Shown here: positions 1 through 12,160 of the stretch, one piece after another
How positions within the stretch are numbered: the stretch's first letter is position 1
How the letters are laid out: every line of letters begins with the position of its first letter
Source of the DNA: Octopus vulgaris
Taxonomy: Eukaryota
Assembly (NCBI GenBank): GCA_951406725.2
Contig: OX597818.1
Coordinates: 5,828,001-5,892,000 of the forward strand
Reading direction: 5' to 3'
DNA: 64,000 bases
Program-made: the position numbers and the translations under genes
The notes under the pieces: model-generated
Told to the model about the DNA's origin: nothing
The model's database searches: none
The model's input: the letters and a program-made list of their open reading frames with translations, nothing else

Positions 1-2706
1 CACTATATCATATAAATAATAATTTGGACGCTAAAGATATTCTTTTCACGCAGACACCCTCGCAGACGCGCAGTGATATACACACACACACATACGCACA
101 TACGCATAGAGACAGACGCTGAGACACATGCACACATAAACATCGAAATTTATCGCACTGAAATGTATTCACATAAATTAGGATAATTATATAATAATAA
201 CTGGCCCTTGCCTTCAAAAGTGACGGCTAATTGTAATATTTTATATATAAATATGGATGGTAAATCAAATTAATTCACTTGTCAATATTCACATACATTC
301 ATAAACTTCCCTTGTACACAAACACATTCACACATATATTCTCACAGGGTTGAAACGCTGTTTGATTTTTCTTTTCAGCGTTGATTGTTCACCATCCCAC
401 CAGTTTGCCATCACTCCTTCCTTCCTTATTCAGCTTTCACTCCTTCCCTTCTGAATCATATCTTGTAACGAAGAAAAACACAAGAGTATTATCATAGTAG
501 ATGTATATGAAGTTTGCGTGAGATAGTTATTTGGGTATATTCGAATAATGACTGTTAATCAAACACATCGCCAGAAAAACAAACTATTGCTGTTTGACAT
601 GAAAACAAACTGTGTAGATGCCAGAAAACTGTTTCAGAAAATTAGAACACATCAAATATAAAAAAGAACGTAGAAACGCACATTTATACATACGACTGGT
701 CCCTTTCAGTTTCGGTCTACTAAATCCGCTCAGATACTTGTCAAAGGTGACATGCAGTAAGATTGAATCAAAAACCATAGTGTTGAGAAACAAATTTCTT
801 GTCAGGCAGCTATTCCTACGTATACTTGTGTTCTTTTATTTATTTTTGCTTTTGCGAATATTAGACACATTTCGAACCTAGACTCTGAAGAAGGCTGATA
901 AATGTGACAACAATTATACCTCTACCAACTAAAAAGAGTAAGAAAACTAAACATGTTCGTTGTGTCCACTTAATATGCTAAAAATTACATCCGCAAGTCT
1001 TTGGAAGTATGCACTATTAGCTTTAAACTTGGAAGGATATACTGTAAATTGTTGACTGCTGTACCACATTTGTTAAAAGGTCTGCTTTATCTCGCCTGCA
1101 ATCATCAGAACCAATTTATTATTATTATCATACTGCTGCAGAGACGGTTTTCGTATGTTGCACGTATCCATTAGCAGTTTGAGATAACCATTCAAGTTAC
1201 CGTAAGAGTTTTCCTCTTATATATCAAAATTCCTATCTTCCTACGGTGAGGAGTTCCTTTGTTTTTTAAATGTCATTGTTTTCTCATTTAGTATCTTCTC
1301 AAGAACTGTTAGCTTTTTCTTTTTGTATACACAATTGCTTTATTGATGTAATTTATATCCTACTACCAATAATTGACATTCATGTCCCATCAGTTTATTT
1401 ATTCTGCTTCAGCTTTCGCTGTAGCTTATCAAACGAAAGATCTTACGTTTTTTAAAAGATTTTTCTTGTTTCTGCTTGTTAGTTTCTGATAACTATCCAA
1501 TTGTATATTTTGGTGTTCTATATTTCTACTCTTATTTCTGATATTTATATACTCCAATACATTTTCAATTACATTACCGTCGTTCTTTAATGAAAATATT
1601 CTTTTTATTTCTTTATTACATATTCAATTATATATTGACAAACTTTAAATAAATTCTTACTTTCTCATTATATTATACTCAAAAACAAACATTTATTGCC
1701 AGTAAATATATATCAACCGTTCCTTTTTCCCCAACAAGTTTCTAAAGAGGCATATATCTGCTTGTGATTAACTGACACAAAATTTCTATCATAAATTTTA
1801 AGAACTGCAAGCGATTTTAATATTAATATTTTGGGTTGTTCAAGTGAATTACTGACTTTAAGAAATGTCATCTTAATATAAACAACACTGTTATCGAACA
1901 AATCTTATAGTAGTACAAATATAACAAGAAAGCCTACTGAAGGTGTAACGTGAAAATTATGCATTTTATATGAAACAGAAGTGAGAAGGCAAATTTGCTA
2001 ACTAATATTAAATATTGTTCTAAAAACTGCAAGCATGGTTCAGTGATCAAGAATCTCAGTCCACTGCTAATATCTCTATCCCTGAACTCAATCTATGGTA
2101 ACTATATAACTATAACATGTGTTTCTTTTATTCTATTAATAAGTAATAGTTTTCAATACTGCTTGTTTCATTTTGCATATTAATTTGGTGAATCTTCCAC
2201 TAATGCGTAACGCGGGAGAATGTTTTCTTGACAAGTATACAATATAAACAAAAGAGTTTCGTATTTGTTAGATGAGATTGATGAACAAATGAAAATCATA
2301 CTATGATGTCTGCTTTGTTCTGGCTTTTTTGTATGTTTCTTAAATGAATCATTAACATAAATAAATATTTATATGATATTGTAAAAAATAAAAAGTAACA
2401 AATAATTATCTACACAAGAGAAATAGTTATATATTATAGGTGGAGCATAGTCAATTTCAAAATCCTCCTTCGCTAATGTTTTATATTTACAGTAAAACAT
2501 GTAGAAACAAAACCGGAGAAAGTATATTGGTTCAAGTAGCGTGAAGCGACGAAATGCGACTTAAATCTTACAAAATACAAAAATAGGGCATTATTTCTTG
2601 TAATAAACTTTGAAGGTACCATTGAGGTATTTATAGACAACGAATGTCAAAATTTCTGTAGCAAAAGAATTCCAACTGCTAGTGTAATCTATCAAGAAGA
2701 GTTCTT

Positions 2707-3960
2707 TTAGATCGTTAAGTATGAAATTTGTAGAAAAGAAAAACAATTCTTATGTTTTATAAATACTAGGAATAGTTTTATTCATCAAAGTATGCACACA
2801 TATTGTCAACATGCTTTTGTTATTTCAGCGGTAACTTCTCCATCCCGGAACTGTAGAAGCCTGGCAATCTAGAGTCAATAAAATCTTTTACAGCACCATC
2901 GGAATTAAATTTTTTTCCTGTCAAAAAGTTATCCAAATTCTGGAAGAATTGGTAGTCAGTGGGGGCAAGATCAGGTGAGTATGGTGGATGATGGAGAACT
3001 TCCAACTTCAACTCCTGTGGTTTCACCAATGTCAATTTTACAACATGTTGTCTGGCGTTGTCTTGCAATAAAATAGGAGTGGATCTGTTAACTAACCTAT
3101 GCTGTTTTCTTTTTGTAAGTTTCTGCATCATTTGATCCAGTTGACTTCAGTATACTTCGGCCATGATTGATGAGGCAGGTTCAATGAAATCATAATGGAT
3201 CATACATACGCCACACCAACAAACACACACCATCATCTTTTTTTGAAGAATTTTACTTTTTGGACTGTGTTTTGGTGGCTCAGCTTTGTCCTGCCATTGT
3301 GCTGAACGTTTACAGTTGTATTAGATCTATTTCTCATTACATGTTACAGTTCGATTCAATAATGATAATTTTTGTGATGAGAAAGTAGCATAATGCAGGC
3401 TTGCAAACGTTCCAGTTTCTGATTTTCATTGAGTTCATGTGGAACCCACTTATCCAACTTTTTCACTTTACCGATTTGAACTAGGTGAGTCAATATTATT
3501 TGCTTGCTAACACCAAACAACAACGATAATTCACGGGCACTTTTAGACTCGATGATGGCTTTCAGTTCGTCATTATCAACCTTTGTTTCTGGCCGACCGC
3601 GTTGCTCATTTGTGAAGTCAAAGTTATCAGGAATTTTGCAAACCAATTTGATACTGTCTGCTGTGTAATAACATTAGAATGAAATATACATTATTATTCC
3701 CAGCTGCCCGTGATGCTCTATTTCTAAGGAATAACTCATATTTAAAAACTGTACGAATTTCCGACTTAACCATCTCTAAACAATATAGCAAAAAATGATT
3801 TATAAATACTTTATAAAGCGCAAAGTGAGTTAGAATAATGAAATATATGTGTCAGCTTTCGAACAAATAATAAAGCTTGTCTAAATATAATAATAGCGCA
3901 AGATGAGAAGCTGTCAAAATTTACCTTATACCTTACAAAGTTTCATACTTCACGACCTAA
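2707..3960 (-). mobile_element. Full-length degenerate mariner (DD34D) DNA transposon, ~1.25 kb
   Basis: Imperfect TIRs: ttagatcgttaagtatgaaatttg (2707-2730) vs caaagtttcatacttcacgacctaa (3936-3960), followed by TA. Length typical of mariner; encloses a transposase relic. Confidence 0.92.
2778..3773 (-). pseudogene. Mariner transposase pseudogene (frameshifts and stops)
   Basis: Starts MVKSEIRTVFKYEL (ATG at 3773). Contains WVPHEL, LLQDNARQH and HPPYSPDLAPTDY; ends QKHVDNMCAYFDE*. Split over ORFs 3356-3646 and 2820-3131. Confidence 0.93.
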
Positions 3961-4329
3961 TACTATAGCAACAGTAAGTCATCAGTAATTAGCTGAAATG
4001 TATCACGTGTAATTAGAGGTAATAGAAAGCTCACCGATTTCAAATTATAAAGCTTACAGTAGAAGTGCATTCAATTAGGAATTATACGTCTGTAGCAGCC
4101 TAAACAAAATATTGACTTTACCGGAATTTACAAATAATAAGCAGAGTCATCATCTAAATGAGACGCGATCCCATCTATCAGAAATTTCATAAACGATTAA
4201 TTAATCGTTGTTCTCATAATTCAGATAACTCAATTTCATTCAAATAACGATAATTGAAGCAATGAAAAGAGGATATATTAAAAAATAATAATAATTTATA
4301 CCGGCTAACGCACATATACTATATATATT

Positions 4330-4374
4330 ATTTATACAAATACATGTATTTGTATATGTATATGTAAGTATATA

Positions 4375-4448
<74 letters not shown>

Positions 4449-4501
4449 CTTATATTTAAATGTGTGTGCGTGCGTGTATACATTCACTCACATATATAAG
4501 A

Positions 4502-4560
<59 letters not shown>

Positions 4561-4652
4561 CTTTTGTACGAAATATATAGAACTGCTTAAGAAGTGCTTG
4601 GGTCGAGCTCGAGACAAAATATATAGTATACATACGTATTTATGTATGTATG

Positions 4653-4683
<31 letters not shown>

Positions 4684-4685
4684 AC
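4330..4685. repeat. Compound (TA)n/(TATG)n microsatellites
   Basis: Visible dinucleotide and tetranucleotide runs. Confidence 0.95.
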
Positions 4686-5342
4686 ACTTCCCCACACACG
4701 GCAGTATATTATTTGTTAGATATACTAGTTCATGTATTATCTTTGAACAATCCGTCTCCGTCCAGGTAACTAGATTTAAAGAGAATTTCGATACGTGTTA
4801 TTACAATTATTTAACTTGAATTTACTATGAATATATTGTTGTTTATCAGGGTGAATTAGATGAAAATTGGAGCATATGAAACTGATGTATATTATTTCCT
4901 GCTTTTTAAGTTCTGAATTAAAAACCTTTCGTTAAATCCAATAATAATCCGAACATAAAAATTCCACAAATGTTGCAGGAATCGTATTCTTCCTTACTTA
5001 TATCAAAGAAAATATCAGCTCGTCTAATCTCACGTGCAGACAAAAATGTTTAATAAATCTTGAAAATAAATAAACAAGGAAAAAAGATATGTTTATATTT
5101 ACAAGTTCTCTAATTATTAATATTGCCACACTTGTAGGAAATGAAAACCTAAAGAACTTAACTTAAGTATATTCAACAAATTTAACGTAATTGAAAACTA
5201 TTAATGCATTTGGACTATTAATGCCTTTTCAGCAAGTTACGTAGGATTCAGTAAAATTACCATACTCTTAGCAGGAATGACACCTACATTGTTCACTCAC
5301 AATGTTACGTATCTACATAGATATTCATACACATAAGTAGTC

Positions 5343-5503
5343 ACAGGCGTTGCTATATGGTAAGACGTTTATCCCCAACTATATGGTACCGGCCTCAGCC
5401 ACACTGCGTGGAACCGTTGGCTAGTGTCTTCTACTATAGCTTCGAGCCAACCAAATCCTTGTGAGTTCATTTGGTAAAAGGAAACAGAAAGAAGCCTATC
5501 GTT
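5343..5503 (+). mobile_element. tRNA-derived CORE-type SINE, 5' half
   Basis: Matches the 5' half of the copies at 5625-6017 (reverse) and 54180-54595, e.g. gtgtcttctactatagc and ccttgtgag..atttggta. Confidence 0.8.
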
Positions 5504-5586
5504 TACATATATACCTGCTAATACTTTACATGTACCACGTCCTCGTTGTTTTCTGTTTTTTCTTCGTTTTTTTTTTTGGGGGGGGG

Positions 5587-5622
<36 letters not shown>

Positions 5623-5624
5623 TG

Positions 5625-6015
5625 TTTTTTACTTGTTTCAGTCATTTGACTGCGGCCATGCTGGAGCACCTCCTTTAGTCGAGCAAATCGATCCCAGGTC
5701 TTATTCTTTGTAAGCCTAGTACTTATTCTATCGGTCTATTTTGCCGAACCTGTAGTTTATGGGGACATAAATACATCAGCATCGGTTGTCAAGCGATGCT
5801 GGGGGACAAACACAGACTCACAAACACACACATATATATGTATATATATATACGACGGGCTTCTTTCAGCTTCTGTCTACCAAATCCAGTCACAAGTATT
5901 TGGTCGGCTCAAGACTATAGTAGAAGATACTTGCCCAAGGATCCACGGCAGTGGGACTGAACCCAGAACCATGTGGTTGATTAATAAGCTACATACCACA
6001 CAGCCGCACCTGCTC

Positions 6016-6017
<2 letters not shown>
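5625..6017 (-). mobile_element. tRNA-derived CORE-type SINE, near full length (octopus OR-like family)
   Basis: Reverse strand has a tRNA-like head (ggctgtgtggt...ggttcagtccc), CORE-like ccttgggcaagt, an internal (TA)/(TG) tract and a 3' end ggtgctccagcatggccgcagtcaaatgactgaaacaagt. About 9 copies in the window. Confidence 0.88.
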
Positions 6018-6087
<70 letters not shown>

Positions 6088-6125
6088 AGGAGATGTCGAA
6101 CACGAGTGGTGATATATAAAAAAGG

Positions 6126-6351
6126 AAATGAAGAAAATGCTGACAAATAATTGAAGTAATTTAAGTAATTTAATTAGGTGAAAGTTCTATTTACCGGTTG
6201 CGCATTTGTTATGCTTATCAAAATTTTGATAAGCATAACAAATGCTTATCATATTTTGATAAGCATAACAAATGCGCAACCGGTAAATAGAACTTTCACC
6301 TAATTAAATTACTTAAATTACTTCAATTATTTGTCAGCATTTTCTTCATTT
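6126..6351. repeat. Perfect 99-bp inverted repeat (Penelope-like end foldback)
   Basis: 6126-6224 is the exact reverse complement of 6253-6351. The 28-nt spacer is itself a small foldback. Flanked by (TA)n. Confidence 0.95.
6252..6289 (+). ncRNA. Minimal type I hammerhead-like motif (U3-A8 variant, A13C)
   Basis: tatt TTGATAA gcat-aacaa-atgc GCAA ccgg TA aata: stem I tatt/aata, stem II gcat/atgc, palindromic accggt stem III as in PLE hammerheads. Confidence 0.6.
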
Positions 6352-6377
6352 ACTTTTATATATATATATATATATAT

Positions 6378-6960
6378 AATCAAAATAAGCAACAAGGATA
6401 TCCAAAGGTAGTGTAGTAAAATTGTTTCATGCTACTTCATTTAATTAAACAATGTAACTATTACATCAGTTTTAAATGTAGAGCACTCTTCAGTCACATG
6501 GAATATTTTAATTAAATTGACAATGTTCATTTTTATGCTTATTCCATATGCCAACATTACAAAGAGGGTAGATATACAGACAGAGAGGTGAATTTCACCA
6601 GTAAGTACATGGTAGTAAATCTTTCCTGATGGGCAGATTTTTTTTATTACTGAGTTCACTTTGTTATTTAGATTTACCAATAGGGAGGGTTTTTTATTAA
6701 GTTCAATGGAGACAAACAAGAATTTTTCTATTTATAGATAGAGGAAGAGGTAGTTCAAGAGGAATTTAACTTTGGCACATTTGAATGTATTTTAGCTAAA
6801 GTTAGTAGGCTGAAGCTAGTGGGATAGGGAGAATAGAGATTTCTAACGCCCTTAACCAATTAACAGCCATAATACTGCTTGTGATTTTAAATATATATCC
6901 TCTAGACATAATATTTATTAACTGTAACAAAAACCTACTATTTTTATAAGGCTATGCCTT
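6378..6960 (-). mobile_element. Penelope-like element 3' fragment with degenerate hammerhead
   Basis: Reverse strand: gtga CTGAAGA gtgct...agcat GAAA caat, then a T-rich tail ending in (TA)n. Upstream coding relic is barely recognisable. Confidence 0.45.
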
Positions 6961-7359
6961 TCTTATTATATCACATTTTAGGTTAAACTCGATAGTTTTT
7001 CCTTTCAATTCCCAAATTTTACTATACAGCGTTATGCAACCAACCTTATGTTTAAGTCTAAAACTAGAGATGTGATTGTTCAAGCGTTTTTTTCAGATCT
7101 ATCGAACATCCGAAGTAAAAATAGCAGATACCGGACACCTTGATCTAATTCTACAACTACAACTGGGGGTGGGTGGGGTGTTTTTTGTTATTTGTATTAT
7201 ATAGGAACAAGCTGTTTTCATTTTTATTATTAGAGCTATTATTAACATTAGTGTTATTTCCCTTATCTATCATTATATTATGTTAGTTAGGGTTGTTACT
7301 AATTTTTTCTCCATTCTCTCACTTTCCACATTTTTATCATTATCATTTATATTATTGAT

Positions 7360-7419
7360 GCCATTATTATTATTATTGTTTATATTAATGTTATTATTAT
7401 TATTATTATTTTTATTTTA

Positions 7420-7473
<54 letters not shown>

Positions 7474-7506
7474 CATTATGATAATCATTATTATTATTAT
7501 TATTAC
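7360..7506. repeat. (ATT)n microsatellite
   Basis: Visible trinucleotide run. Confidence 0.95.
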
Positions 7507-7612
7507 TTTTTTTTTCTTCAACTTTCAAATTTGCTATCATTTCTTGCCGAGTGTCTTCCCGACTCCTAGGGCAAAGAAACTCATAGCATACATTGGTAGG
7601 CCATTAAACCAT
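7507..7612 (-). mobile_element. 3' tail of R4/Dong-like non-LTR element
   Basis: Reverse complement of 19230-19320 (gccctaggagtcgggaagacactcggcaagaaatg), abutting (AAT)n. Confidence 0.8.
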
Positions 7613-8224
7613 GAGATAAGTCCATTCGATTTGCATTTCATCATACTGTAGTTATAACGTAAGCAGTACATCTACAAATATTCTTCTGCACCGCATTACA
7701 TCGCAGAGAAAACCACTTCAACTATGCCATTACACGTTTCGGAACGCTTAATTTCACATATATCAGTGTTGCAATAAGAATGGTTATATGTATACAGATA
7801 ATAATAATTTCAGGAGGAAATCAAAATCGATAGGCGGATTTTAGTTGGTCGGTCACTAGATCAACTAATAAAATGTCTCTGTATTACATGCACAAATAAA
7901 ATATCTCTGTATTACACGCACATACACATTTATATTCATGCGTAGAATGTCGAATTGCTCGAAATACGGAATAAAAGAACAGCCGATAACTGATAAAGGG
8001 TCGTTCGTATGTTACTTGACTTGTTCTCCATTTGTTGTTATCGTTGTTGCAAAAAAAAGTTCATATTCCATGTATACGTATTTCGTGTCTCATGTTTTTG
8101 CATTTTTATGTTGTTTACATTCCGTGACGTCTCGTGCCCACACATACATATGTACTTACATATGTATATATGTAAGTATGTACATATATGTACGTATATA
8201 TGCATATATATATATATATTTCTT

Positions 8225-8362
8225 CATTCCGTTATTTGTTTCAGTCATTTGACTGCAGTCATGCTGGGACACCGCCTTCAGTCGAACAAATCGACCCCAG
8301 GATTTATTGTTTGTAAATCTAGTACTTATTCTATCGGTCATTTTTACCGAACCGTTAAGTTA
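8225..8362 (-). mobile_element. CORE-type SINE, 3' fragment
   Basis: tgtttcagtcatttgactgc...agtacttattctatcggtc shared with 5625-5760. Confidence 0.82.
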
Positions 8363-8649
8363 TATATGTATATATCTTGTGTGTACACCTAGGTGTATGA
8401 TTACTACTGTATGATTAAGAACCTCGCACCTCACCCTCGCGATATTATCATTAACCGTTCTACACAGTACATGAAAATACACCGGAGGAAAACTGAGGTA
8501 AAAATAGAATAAATTACTCGAACGTACGTACGTTTCGGCATTGCGTGTTCCACCAAAGCGTGAAGGGTCATAAAGATAACACTTTATGCTATTGACTTAC
8601 AGAAGTCTAATATTAGATAATTTTAGAGTTAATATAATCCTTCATTTTA

Positions 8650-10200
8650 AAAACCTATCAGAATATTTACTACATATACCAAATTCTTCTCTAGCAACAT
8701 ATCCATTTCAATTAGTTCTTTTTACATTTAAATTGAAGAATTTTATATGTATTGTATTTCGAATGACGCGTTTTCCTCTGTGTTTTGGTGTTACCTAAGA
8801 TAGTCTACGTCACCTTTGTAATATAACACTATAATTTTAACATTATGCTCGTTAGCCTCAGAATTATTCACCAATTCAAAACCTAGAATTTCTTCGGAGT
8901 CGCTTTTTAGTAATAAACCACATCGTCGTAAATGTGATTTAGAGTTTCTATTCTAATCACTTTAGATCGTCTCAATAAACACTATCACTTGTCTCACACA
9001 AACATTTTGCTTTTTACTCATAGTGTAGCGTCCTGCCGTATAAGGTATCTTGAAATTCTTTGTCTTTAACAAATGAAAGTAAAAGATGAACCTTCATATA
9101 CAAGAAATCTCAGTGTTTAAAGTTTCTTTCTTGTTAAAACAGTTTACGTCTTCTCAAGGATTCGTTAAAATAACGTATTCCCACTTTAGAGATTTGCATT
9201 TCGTTTATATTGAGGTTTCTTTGTTGAATCTTCGAAAATATTTAAGCGTTTGTAAAATGACTCGCATAAATATTGTTAATTTTATGATTGCTTCAAAGGT
9301 TACAGACCATATTATTACAATTATATAATTCCACCATAGACGTAGAGAGTACTTTGCGATTAAAATTGCCAATATTCGTTAAGGAGTGTAAAAATATAAT
9401 CTAGATATCAAAACATACAATTCCTGAAAAATGTCAAAACATTCAGCAACTTCAGTGCGACAGACACAGTTTCTTCCACCACAAGGCCGAGTGAATAAGG
9501 TGCATGCTTTTACTATATATTTTTAAAGAGTGTTTGTGTCTCGTTCTCTGGATCTTTCCTCTTCGAATATCCATTATCGTATGACTAACCACAGATATTT
9601 TCAAATGAAAGATTATCTACTTGCAGTACTAGTATTGTGTCTAAACAGAAAATTTAATAGTTTTCTCACAGGATTTCTGTATGAATATATTGAACCACAA
9701 TTTGCAGCTGGTCATCATATGACAAGTTTTGTGCCGACTCAACAATAAAAGATTGATATTCAGTGTCCAGCTTGATAATTTGATTCATCATTGCATCCCA
9801 CAGAATCATTCGTATGATTTATATTTGGAGGGGTAGACTTTATCATTCATAAGTGTAGACTTTATCATTCATATGTTTCCAAAACACCCATGTAAAAATT
9901 GGTCGAACTCTGAAACAATTTCAATGCTCCCTATAATGTTTATTTTTTTCAGTGAGCCCCACTTCCGCACTTACTACCTAAGTTTCAAATATTATTCTCT
10001 TATGAGCGTTATAAACGCTACATATCTTTTAATATTTCCAAAGTGTACAATTTTGATATCTGTTCTTCAATATTTTGATTCAGTTTTTCAATTTTATTTT
10101 ATTGTTATCCAGCACTTCAACGAGTTCTTATGTTTTAAGAAATATTCCTGTTTCCCCGAAGTCTTGTATGCATTCATCCACTCAGTAAACATATCTATCA
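8650..10200 (-). pseudogene. Highly degenerate hAT transposase (ZMYM1/Tip100-like)
   Basis: Manual reverse translation gives NIKRYVAFITLIRE..GSLKKINIIGSIEIVSEFDQFL, FIVESAQNLSYDDQLQIVVQY and HAPYSLGLVVEE. These resemble hAT motifs LKRVVAVI..GS..NGNYLG..ELISEFDPFL, SIIVDSTPDLSH.DQL...RY and CAAHSLNLVG, in the expected order. Confidence 0.65.
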
Positions 10201-10462
10201 TTGTTATTTAGAAAACAGTTTCCATACAAACACTATATACAAACTTAGCATTTTGAATAATTTAATGGTGGTGATATCATTGCTTCAAAATTTTGAATTA
10301 ATTTTGAAAATGTATGAGAAACTTTCCGCCATTTCTTATAAATAATTATAAATATTACTAGATTTGACAAACATATAACATATATAAAAAAAATATTATA
10401 ACATATATTAAAAAATATATTAAAACTATATAAACTGTGCATTTTCTTTCATTTATATATTT

Positions 10463-10522
<60 letters not shown>

Positions 10523-10569
10523 AATGAAAAAAGGGGACAACGACGCAAAACAGCCAGACTGTTACGTGA

Positions 10570-10792
10570 TTTCCGAAATGTTATCTATGTTAGTTAGCTT
10601 TACTACTAGTTAAATCATTTCAGACGTAGCATTTTTTAATGATTTTATGTTCATTAATACTGTGCGGTCCTTCTGCATGTAGAGCCGAGAGAGATCCATC
10701 ACATTGTTATAAAAGTATAGTTACCATGAGTATATACGTGTATCCGTGGGGCTGTGAGTGTTGGGTGTGTGCACTCGTGTGTATTCTCTCTG

Positions 10793-10831
<39 letters not shown>

Positions 10832-11283
10832 TTATATGTATATACATATATATATATATTATACTAAGAAAAAGGGAGAACGAGAACTTCGATTATCATT
10901 AGGTGGTGAGTATGTATACATACACACAATATATGCCTACACGCGCACATACACATACGTATACACATATGTATACACAAATAGACACAGACACACACAC
11001 ACACGCACACAAAAACATGCACACACATACGCACGCACACATACGCACGCACACATACGCACGCACACACGCACACGAATACACACGCCCAACACTCACA
11101 ACCCCACGGATACACGTATATACTCATGGTAACTATACATTTATAACAATGTGATGGATCTCTCTCGGCTCTACACACAGGAGGAGCGCACAGTATTAAT
11201 GAACATAAAATCATTAAAAAATGCTACGTCTGAAATAATTTAACTACTAGTAAAGCTAACTAACATAGATAACATTTCGGAAA
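10570..11283. repeat. ~212-bp inverted repeat with microsatellite-rich spacer
   Basis: 10570-10781 vs 11072-11283 are reverse complementary with few mismatches. The ORF track shows the same MILCSLILC peptide on both strands. Confidence 0.93.
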
Positions 11284-11744
11284 CCATGCCTAAGTGTATA
11301 TATCCTTTCGGTGTTACGAATATGCTTCAACTACGATCAGTACAAGTCACTCCGCAAAACCTTCAAAACGATCATATTACTGATCACAAAATACTATGTC
11401 CATCAGTCTGATTCACAAATACTTGCTGACAAACTTACAACGATAAATTTAGATATTTTATGCGTATAACTGATTTTCTTTTTCTTTTTACTTCAAGAAA
11501 CCCGACCTCTAAATTACCACGCATCATAATCCCTTATTAATGATACACCGGACATTATTTTGAAAAAAGGAATGTCTCATAAGTCATGCAATTTCCGTGG
11601 TCATGATATGCTTTTCAAATTTCAATGAGGAGTAACCTCTAAATGAATTGGCATCTAGTCCATCTCACTCATTAAAATTTTCATATATCTGTGAGTGTGG
11701 GTTTGTGTATGTGCCTGTGTATGTTTATGTGTATTTGTGTGTAT

Positions 11745-11942
11745 TCTTTTACACCTTTACTTGCTTCAGTCATTTGATGGCGGACATGCTGGAGCACCAC
11801 CTTAAAGTGTTTTTCAGTTGAAGAACTCGACACCAAAATTCATTCTTTGCAAGAATGTACTTATTCTATTGGTCTATTTTACTGAACTGATAAGTAACGG
11901 GGACGTAGGAGGACAAACGCAGGCACAAATGCACACACACAT
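11745..11942 (-). mobile_element. CORE-type SINE, 3' fragment
   Basis: cttcagtcatttga..catgctggagcaccacc..tacttattctattggtc. Confidence 0.8.
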
Positions 11943-12069
11943 AAATATGTATTAATATGTATGCGTATATTCGCATATACATGTGCCTGTGCGCGTGTTG
12001 CGTACGTTGCGTGCATGCGTGTTCGTGTGTTTATGAGTGGTTATGTGTGTTTATATAAATGTATGTATG

Positions 12070-12160
<91 letters not shown>

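Noticed and set aside
2470-2570. NVLY..KYIGSS..R resembling another GIY-YIG relic
   Set aside because: Too short and interrupted by stops to support as a feature without a profile search.
4192-4209. 18-bp palindrome aacgattaattaatcgtt (similarly taggatacgtatccta near 57410)
   Set aside because: Short isolated palindromes in AT-rich DNA with no supporting context.
5960-6017. tRNA-like sequence (also 54180-54250 and 46170-46218)
   Set aside because: SINE heads with A/B-box remnants joined to SINE bodies; no complete cloverleaf.
9833-9873. 19-bp direct repeat gtagactttatcattcata
   Set aside because: Simple tandem duplication within the hAT relic; too close together to be a TSD.
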